From the IMG/VR virus record IMGVR_UViG_3300036376_000008, positions 1 to 52,223 of that record: a stretch of DNA of 52,223 bases, one strand, 5' to 3'. A program made the translations under genes and the position numbers. This document shows positions 46,083 through 52,223 of the stretch, piece by piece. Numbering within the stretch: position 1 is the stretch's first letter; every line of letters starts with the position of its first letter. The stretch is from a virus. Taxonomy: Duplodnaviria; Caudoviricetes. The notes beneath the pieces are model-generated. The model saw only the letters and a list, made by a program, of their open reading frames with translations. It was not told where the DNA came from and searched no databases.

Positions 46083-46553
46083 TCAGAACCGATTCGACTT
46101 CATGCGATGAGCATCGTACTCGTCGCGAGTCATCATTACGGTCGATCCATTCACGCGAACCGGGATGCACCGATCATCGTCGTCATCCCGGCGCTCGCGC
46201 AACTTCCCTCTGGCCCACTTGCCAAACATTCTCAGGAAGTCGCCGCGACACGCCTTGCAGCAGGTGACGCTGTAAACGGACTGATCGACAAGCCGGATCG
46301 GAGGAACAGGATCCTGCTCAATCGTGATCCTGGTGACGTTGCCATCCTGATTGACGACATGCCTGTCCTTGGTTCCACCGCTGTACCGGCGAGTCACTCC
46401 CCAGATCGCGGCGTCAAATTCGACCTCCCTGAAGATGGTGCTTTTGTCAGCTTCAGGAACAACTTCATGGACATCGTAAAAGCATTCGACGGATACGTGC
46501 CGCGAGTCCTCCATATCGCCGTTGCAGACCGGGCAGATCTCTACATTGCTCAT
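46083..46553 (-). CDS. Hypothetical protein with split CxxC pairs
   Basis: CPVC ... CCKAC. Confidence 0.6.
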   Translation of the reverse strand: MSNVEICPVCNGDMEDSRHVSVECFYDVHEVVPEADKSTIFREVEFDAAIWGVTRRYSGGTKDRHVVNQDGNVTRITIEQDPVPPIRLVDQSVYSVTCCKACRGDFLRMFGKWARGKLRERRDDDDDRCIPVRVNGSTVMMTRDEYDAHRMKSNRF

Positions 46554-46567
46554 GATTGGCGCTCCTG

Positions 46568-47803
46568 TCATCGCTCGTACGACGTCTGATACGATCCGTT
46601 GGCGTATCCGTCGGGCAACTTCTTTGCCTGCCCTGCAGCCAACGCCGCGTCGATCTGGGCGCGCATCTGAGCCGCCACGTCGCGCGGGTTGACTGGATTC
46701 CTGCGCGTTCTTAGGACGGCCGTCGAGACGCGCTGCGGCACCCGCGGAACCCGGATCTCGAAATGATCTGCCACCGGCCGGTCGGACCGCGCGCGACGCT
46801 CTGTTGTCTTGGCCTGAATGACCTCAAGCCGGGCCCGGCGCTTGGCATTCCGCGCTGCCTCGCGCACGGCTTCAGTTGCCTCGCGCGCCACCCTCTTCGC
46901 CGCCTCGGCGGCAGCGCGCCTCTTGGCAGCGGCCGCAGCCTTTGCAGCGTTTCTCTGTGCCTGCTTCTCGGCCGCGAGAACGGCCCTGGCAGCGCGCAGC
47001 TCCTCGGCCCTCTGCGCCTTTGCCGCGGCCTTGGCCTCGCCCTTCGCCGCCTGCGCTGCTTTCCTGGCCTCGCGCCTTTCGGCGTACGACATCGCCTTGC
47101 GAGCGTTGGCGGCGCCAATGACGCGCTTCTTCATCTCGGGAGACATCGGCTTCCGCTTGATGCGGATGCCCAGATCCATCATGCGCTTGCGCAGTGTGAC
47201 GTGACTGACGCCGAAGCGATCCGCGACCTCCTGCACGTCGGGCCGGTCGAGCGGGTCCGCAAAGATCCTGCGCAGCTCCGCGTTGTCGTCCTCCGACCAG
47301 GCTCGGTTGCCGCGCGGAAGCTCGATGCCCTCGCGCATCGCCATGCTGAACATGGAGCCGTAGGTGCGGCCGACAGTCTTTGCGATCACGTACCGGTTCG
47401 TGCCGGCTGCGGCGAGCACGCGGACCTTCTCGATCTCGTCGGCCGACCAGTTCTTCGCATGGCCGCGGAACCCGGCTCCGCTGCTCGGCAGCGTGATGCC
47501 GTGCTTCGCCGCCTTCTCCTGAATCGTCGCAAGCGGCCGGCCGAGTGCGGCCTCGATCGACTTGCGGTCGGGCAGCGTCGCCGCGAGCTCGCGCAGCCGG
47601 TCAACCTCGGCGTCGGACCAGACAGCGAACTTGGTCGCAAAGCGGATGCCGTCCTTCGACGCGCGGCCCATGACGCCTGTGTACGGCCGTCCAAGAATCT
47701 CCGCGCACTGCTTCCCGGTTTTGCCGGCCGCAGCCAAGTTGCGCAGCCGCTCGATCTCGGCAGGCGACCAGTCCTTCGGACCGCGACCGGTGGACTTGGT
47801 CAC
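46568..47803 (-). CDS. Multi-HTH regulator A (4 GcrA/Myb-like repeats)
   Basis: Four W-S-x-x-[ED]...GI units, an Ala/Lys/Arg-rich coil and a conserved C-terminal motif. Confidence 0.75.
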   Translation of the reverse strand: MTKSTGRGPKDWSPAEIERLRNLAAAGKTGKQCAEILGRPYTGVMGRASKDGIRFATKFAVWSDAEVDRLRELAATLPDRKSIEAALGRPLATIQEKAAKHGITLPSSGAGFRGHAKNWSADEIEKVRVLAAAGTNRYVIAKTVGRTYGSMFSMAMREGIELPRGNRAWSEDDNAELRRIFADPLDRPDVQEVADRFGVSHVTLRKRMMDLGIRIKRKPMSPEMKKRVIGAANARKAMSYAERREARKAAQAAKGEAKAAAKAQRAEELRAARAVLAAEKQAQRNAAKAAAAAKRRAAAEAAKRVAREATEAVREAARNAKRRARLEVIQAKTTERRARSDRPVADHFEIRVPRVPQRVSTAVLRTRRNPVNPRDVAAQMRAQIDAALAAGQAKKLPDGYANGSYQTSYER

Positions 47804-48408
47804 GCCGCGCTCCTCTTGCGCTCAAGCTCATCGCGCATCTCGACGAGGATTCCGTAGACGGACGGATCCGGCATGCCCTCGCTAAGGTGCCAGACCGGCT
47901 CGAACGTTGCCGCCCGGCCACCAGTCCTCCACCGCGGATAGTCCGTGACGCCGCGCTGCTTCAAGGCGACGCGAACGACATGCTCCGACACGCCTTCGTG
48001 GAGCGCCGCAGCCTTGATGCCGCCCACCGACATCACGATGTCGACCAGCTTCGCCGCGTACCACGTCTCCAACTTCAGCTTGGGACCGCGCCGCCCGCGC
48101 TTCGGGACGCGCTTCGTCAGGCCGTGCCGGATCGCGAGAGACGTCAGGTACGAGCGCGGCTCACCGGTCTCATCGGAGACGTCGGAGACAGGGCGAGAGC
48201 GCATCATCTCGACGAGCTCCTGCTCACGCTCCGGCGTGTTCCTGCACCGGTGCGGAGCGCGCTGCTTTCCGGCCTGGCCGGCGCCAACGCGGGCAAGAGC
48301 GGACAGCACGGTTGTCGAGACGCCGGGCCAGCGATCCTGAAGGTCGCGGAGGCTCGCTCCAGACGCGACGGCGGCCGCAACGCGCTGCGGGTTCGGGAGA
48401 TCGCTCAT
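47800..48408 (-). CDS. HTH-containing protein (2-3 degenerate HTH units)
   Basis: 'VSDVSDETGEPRSYLTSLAIRHGL', 'IKAAALHEGVSEHVVRVAL'. Confidence 0.6.
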   Translation of the reverse strand: MSDLPNPQRVAAAVASGASLRDLQDRWPGVSTTVLSALARVGAGQAGKQRAPHRCRNTPEREQELVEMMRSRPVSDVSDETGEPRSYLTSLAIRHGLTKRVPKRGRRGPKLKLETWYAAKLVDIVMSVGGIKAAALHEGVSEHVVRVALKQRGVTDYPRWRTGGRAATFEPVWHLSEGMPDPSVYGILVEMRDELERKRSAA

Positions 48409-48734
48409 CGCGTCAGCCCCTTATCCCGGCAATACGAGACCCAGCTCTCGATCACCGTCCGCGCAAGCTCGGCGTCGCTGTCGTTGACGTGATCCGCAGC
48501 CGAGTAGCCATCGGTGCGCGACATCTCCTGCAGGCACCAATCGCGCTGCTCGACCGTCATCGGCTCCGTGCGACCGCAGTAAGCCCAGGCGCGCAGGACG
48601 CGTTCTTCCGGTGCGCAGACGCATGAAGAGCTGACCGCGTCAGCAATCCATCCATCATCAAGAACAGTCTCGGGCTGCGACCACTCCATGCCGCAGGCAC
48701 ATGCTACTTCGATACCGTGAAAAGGCGTGGTCAT
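48405..48734 (-). CDS. Hypothetical protein
   Basis: RBS AGGAG; first gene of the leftward arm. Confidence 0.6.
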   Translation of the reverse strand: MTTPFHGIEVACACGMEWSQPETVLDDGWIADAVSSSCVCAPEERVLRAWAYCGRTEPMTVEQRDWCLQEMSRTDGYSAADHVNDSDAELARTVIESWVSYCRDKGLTR

Positions 48735-48883
48735 CGGCTTGCTCCTTCCGAATCCCCTCGACACCAAGGATGAATCAGATTTTCCTTGTCCGCAATATTT
48801 TGAATTTCGAAGGAATTAAGCCTGTAAACGCTGGCCGAAAGTTAAGTCATTAATTCTGGCGCAGATTTTTCCTTGAGAGACCG

Positions 48884-48912
48884 TTGACAGGATCGAGAAC
48901 TCGTCGGATCAT
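48884..48912 (+). promoter_or_regulatory. Sigma70-like promoter for the rightward arm
   Basis: TTGACA-N17-GATCAT in an AT-rich divergent intergenic region. Confidence 0.45.
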
Positions 48913-49020
48913 CCTTGCACGACGAGCCACGTTGGCTCCGGGTGCGTTCGTGAGTTCCGAAGTACGCAGCCTGTACGCTCAATCGAGCGTGTCACGCAAT
49001 TTGGCATCTGGAGAGAACTT

Positions 49021-49167
49021 ATGAACCAGGTCACCGATGACCTGCTCGCACGGATTCGCCGCCTGCGCGAATACGTTGAGGGCAAGCGCGCTGCTCGCAA
49101 GCAGCGCTACGACAACAAGCAGGACTACTTGGACTTCGTGAAGACGAACAAGGAGGACTCCAAGTGA
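49021..49167 (+). CDS. 48-aa protein (not in the ORF track)
   Basis: MNQVTDDLLARIRRLREYVEGK...; RBS GGAGAG; GTGA overlap with the next gene. Confidence 0.6.
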   Translation: MNQVTDDLLARIRRLREYVEGKRAARKQRYDNKQDYLDFVKTNKEDSK

Positions 49168-49409
49168 GCGCCCGCGCTTTCATCTGGAACTTCCAGTCCG
49201 GCCGCGTCGACGTTACCGAGAACACGCTCGGCGGCACGGTCGAGATCATCGCGATCGGGCCGAAGGACGCCTTGGCTGAGTACGCCGACAGGCTGCTCTC
49301 CGACTACCACCCGATGGGCTACGGCACGACCGTGGACGACCCGAAGCCGGTCGGCATGGGCGAGGGCGCGTGGCGCATGAATGCGCGCCGGTATTCGAGC
49401 TGCGGGTGA
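49164..49409 (+). CDS. Hypothetical protein
   Basis: RBS AGGAGG; coupled. Confidence 0.65.
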   Translation: MSARAFIWNFQSGRVDVTENTLGGTVEIIAIGPKDALAEYADRLLSDYHPMGYGTTVDDPKPVGMGEGAWRMNARRYSSCG

Positions 49410-49413
49410 CGCC

Positions 49414-49662
49414 GTGAGCGCGACGACAAGCACCATCGAGACGATCCACGGCCCGGTCGAAGAGACCGTTGAGCAGCGCAGCCCCGGCCGGATTTCGCGC
49501 ACCGCCACCGGCGACCGAAAGGCCGTGGAGGAGTGGGCATACGAGATGCGCAGCCTCTACGGATGGACGCGGTGGGGCGGGTGGATCGGCCCTGTCGAGA
49601 ACCTGCAGGACGGCCAGGCGCGCTGCCAGTGCGTACACAATCGGGTGGAGCAACGCGGATGA
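49414..49662 (+). CDS. Hypothetical protein
   Basis: In operon; weak similarity to the preceding ORF (Y.P.GYGT vs MRSLYGWT). Confidence 0.55.
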   Translation: MSATTSTIETIHGPVEETVEQRSPGRISRTATGDRKAVEEWAYEMRSLYGWTRWGGWIGPVENLQDGQARCQCVHNRVEQRG

Positions 49663-49988
49663 AAGTCCACGTCACCGTTCACTCGATCGCCCGCTACGCG
49701 CAGCGCGTCCTGCGCACTCACGACGAGCGCCTGGACGACGAGTCCGTCCTGGCCGACCTGGGCGAAGAAACGATCGAGCGTATCCGCGCCGCGATCTTGG
49801 ACGTCTGCGCCGATGTCGCCCGCGTCGGCGGCAGAGGCATCACCTGCGGCGGCATCGTCTACGTGATCGATGCCGGCAGGATCGTCACCCTCTATGCGAC
49901 TGGCGCCGTCGATCTCGATGCGCGCCCGGAGCGACTGAAGCAGGCGCTGAAGGCGTGGCGCCCGGCCGAGATCGGAGCGGCGGCATGA
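49659..49988 (+). CDS. Hypothetical protein (RelE-like fold possible)
   Basis: 'VTVHSIARYAQRV ... YVIDAGRIVTLY'. Confidence 0.6.
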   Translation: MKVHVTVHSIARYAQRVLRTHDERLDDESVLADLGEETIERIRAAILDVCADVARVGGRGITCGGIVYVIDAGRIVTLYATGAVDLDARPERLKQALKAWRPAEIGAAA

Positions 49989-50323
49989 GCATCTCCGACA
50001 CCGTCCGAGAGATCATGGAGAACGCGATCAACGAGATCGAGTATCTCGACTGCGAACTCCTGGCGATTGCAATCAACGAGCGCATCTGCACATCGCTCTA
50101 CATCTCGTTCGCGGGCTGCACCAAGGTCACGATCTACGAACCTCATCCAAGCGGCCACGTGCAGACGCTGTACTCGTTCACGGACCGCTCGCACCCGGAC
50201 ATGGACGACATCGACCTGACCTACGCCGTCGATGCCATCGTCGGAATCCAGTCAATCGACAAATGGAAGCGCAGCCGGAAGGCGCGCAAGGCGCGCAAAG
50301 AGCGCAAGGAGCTGAACCAATGA
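49985..50323 (+). CDS. Hypothetical protein
   Basis: ATGA-coupled on both sides. Confidence 0.6.
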   Translation: MSISDTVREIMENAINEIEYLDCELLAIAINERICTSLYISFAGCTKVTIYEPHPSGHVQTLYSFTDRSHPDMDDIDLTYAVDAIVGIQSIDKWKRSRKARKARKERKELNQ

Positions 50324-51609
50324 GGACCGCCAACGCGAAAAACTGGTCACAGACCGAGGTCGAGACAATCCGCACGATGGCCGCAGCCGGGGCGACGAAG
50401 AAGGACGTGGCCGAGGCCCTGAAGCGCAACATCTTCAGCGTGCGTTTGCAGGCAAACAAGCACGGCATCAAGTTCCACCGCATCTCGAACGCCGGCCGGC
50501 CGTGGTCGAGGGAGGACGAGGCCACGCTGCGCGATCTTGCCGCGTCCGGCATCGGACTTGGCGAGATGTCGAAGCGCCTGTCGCGCGAGATCTCCGGCAT
50601 CCAGAAGCGCTGCCGATTGCTACGCATCAAGCTCAAGCGCGCCGAGTTTTCGGCTCTGAACTGGACGCCGGAGTTCATCGCGCAGATCGAGAACAACTTC
50701 CGCGGCGACAGCCCGAAGTCGATCCGCGAGATCGCCCGCAGCCTCGGCGTCTCCCACGCCACCCTGATCCGCGGCATGGCCCGATACGGCATCGAGAAGC
50801 AGCCCACGGCGTCCACGGTCTCTGCCGCCGCGCGCCGACAGGAGAGCATGGTGCGCGGCCTTCCCGACGCCATCCGTGACGCCATTCTTCTCGACTACGC
50901 GAACGGTGTTCCGCTTGACGTCATGAGCAAGCGATACGGCCGCACCGGGCGGCACCTGGCGCACATTGCGGTCAACGCAGGCGTCCGCAGGTTGACGCCG
51001 GCGAACCAGATCCACCCGGACGTGAAGGCGGCGATCTTGGCCGAGGTCGTCCGCAGCGACCGGCGCGCGGTACAGGACATTGCCGAGGCGCACGGTGTGG
51101 CCGTCAGCTCGATCAAGAAGATCGCCACGCGCGCCGGGGTGAGGATGGCAGTGCGGATCATGGAACGCGGGCCGGACGAGCCGAAGCATGAAGGATCGAT
51201 CTGGACGCCGTCCTTCCTCGCCCAGGTCGGCGCGGCCTGGTCGGGCGGCGTGCCGACGCAGGAGATCATGCGGAAGTTCAAGCTGACGAAAGGCATGCTG
51301 CTCTCGGCCATGTTCCGCGCCGGGATTCAGCGCACCCTGGCGCCAAAGGTTCACAAGCCCAAGCAGCCGCCAAAGCCGCGGCCGAGGCGCGAGACGGTCA
51401 CCGAGGCGCACCGGGCGCCCATCGTGATCTCGCCCACCTACGCGACGCCAGGCGCGGTCGGAACACGCCGCCGCCCGGTCAACCCGCGTGAACTCGCCGC
51501 CGAGATGCGCGCCGCGATCGACGCCAAGATCGCGGCCGGCGCGGTCACCAAGCTGCCGACGATGTGGGCGAGCGGATCCTTCGTCAGCATCTACGGCGCC
51601 GGAGCCTGA
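50320..51609 (+). CDS. Multi-HTH regulator B (about 6 GcrA/Myb-like repeats)
   Basis: WSQTEVE.., WSREDE.., WTPEFI.., two degenerate units, WTPSFL..; C-terminal motif shared with 46568-47803. Confidence 0.75.
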   Translation: MRTANAKNWSQTEVETIRTMAAAGATKKDVAEALKRNIFSVRLQANKHGIKFHRISNAGRPWSREDEATLRDLAASGIGLGEMSKRLSREISGIQKRCRLLRIKLKRAEFSALNWTPEFIAQIENNFRGDSPKSIREIARSLGVSHATLIRGMARYGIEKQPTASTVSAAARRQESMVRGLPDAIRDAILLDYANGVPLDVMSKRYGRTGRHLAHIAVNAGVRRLTPANQIHPDVKAAILAEVVRSDRRAVQDIAEAHGVAVSSIKKIATRAGVRMAVRIMERGPDEPKHEGSIWTPSFLAQVGAAWSGGVPTQEIMRKFKLTKGMLLSAMFRAGIQRTLAPKVHKPKQPPKPRPRRETVTEAHRAPIVISPTYATPGAVGTRRRPVNPRELAAEMRAAIDAKIAAGAVTKLPTMWASGSFVSIYGAGA

Positions 51610-51611
51610 CG

Positions 51612-52223
51612 ATGGTTGACCTGCACCTCATCCGCGGCCGCATCGCCGCCGCCCAGGCCGAGCTGAAGGACGCGCTCCGGGAACTCGATGAAGCCCTGGC
51701 GAAGGATGGGCCCCCGGTGCTTGGCTACATGCTTCCGGTCGTGTTCCCCGACCTTGCGCCCGGCGAACCGGAGATCGAAATCCCGGAAGGCATTTCGAGC
51801 GGACCCGATCCTGAGCCGCCGCCGCCGCGCCACGGCAAGTTCGACCTGAGCGACTGGGACGATCCGTTTGCCGACGTGGACGAGACGCCGGTCGTCGTCG
51901 TCCAGGAGCGCCGTGTACGCGTCCACACGCCACCGGTTCCGTTCCGCGGCGAGGTGCGCCCGGACCCGGCTATTGACGGCGAGGATGTGATCCCTGATCT
52001 GCCGGCCGACGAACCGAAAACCGTCGAGCCCAAGGCCACGGAACCTGCGCCGGCCAGGCCGACCGTCAGGCGCACGCCGCGCCCGCTGCGGCCTCCGGCA
52101 CCGGAGAAGCTGAAGAGCCTGATCGCGCTGACCGGAGAGCTGCCGCCAAGTGTATCGCACACGCGGGCGCCTGGACGGCCGATCGTGCAGGCGGCTGACG
52201 AGGCCGATGAGATTCCGTTCTGA
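51612..52223 (+). CDS. Pro-rich disordered protein ending in an SSB-like tail
   Basis: N-terminal coil, P/E/D-rich body, C-terminus DEADEIPF. Confidence 0.65.
   Translation: MVDLHLIRGRIAAAQAELKDALRELDEALAKDGPPVLGYMLPVVFPDLAPGEPEIEIPEGISSGPDPEPPPPRHGKFDLSDWDDPFADVDETPVVVVQERRVRVHTPPVPFRGEVRPDPAIDGEDVIPDLPADEPKTVEPKATEPAPARPTVRRTPRPLRPPAPEKLKSLIALTGELPPSVSHTRAPGRPIVQAADEADEIPF

Larger units (their letters stand above)
1..52223. mobile_element. Temperate prophage (lambda-like head, long non-contractile tail); att ends not visible in the window
   Basis: Integrase, Rep, lysis, packaging, head and tail modules are all present; no host housekeeping genes seen. Confidence 0.9.

Noticed and set aside
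48816-48853. Full CtrA box in the divergent region
   Set aside because: TTAA half-sites are spaced N4 or more than N7, not the canonical N7
1-52223. CRISPR array, tRNA or rRNA genes
   Set aside because: No regularly spaced repeat-spacer units or recognisable structural RNA genes found by eye

Overview
This window is a GC-rich, apparently near-complete temperate siphovirus-type prophage or integrative phage, most likely from an alphaproteobacterium (Rhizobiales-like). From left to right it carries: a large serine recombinase; a soluble FtsH-like AAA+/M41 protease; two small leftward HTH cassettes; a divergent C5-methyltransferase and SacI-family endonuclease pair; and a long leftward region (19.1 to 8.9 kb) with a GH108 lysis cassette, a metallophosphoesterase, an HNH nuclease, an Acb2-like anti-CBASS protein, HD and DUF5664-type nucleotide hydrolases and RuvC. 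Next come a ColE2/AEP-like Rep and a lambda-like morphogenesis operon (gpA terminase, portal, S49 protease, gpD, gpE, tail tube, chaperone with a -1 slippery site, tape measure, tail tip). The right end is a divergent control region encoding two paralogous proteins with tandem GcrA/Myb-like HTH repeats. I see no CI/S24 repressor. The best candidate for an undescribed system is a CI-less transcription-control circuit: the two multi-HTH paralogues with a shared SutA-like C-terminal motif, several dispersed intergenic motifs in front of operons, and possibly the phage-encoded FtsH-like protease. All family assignments come from motif recognition by eye; no database searches were run.
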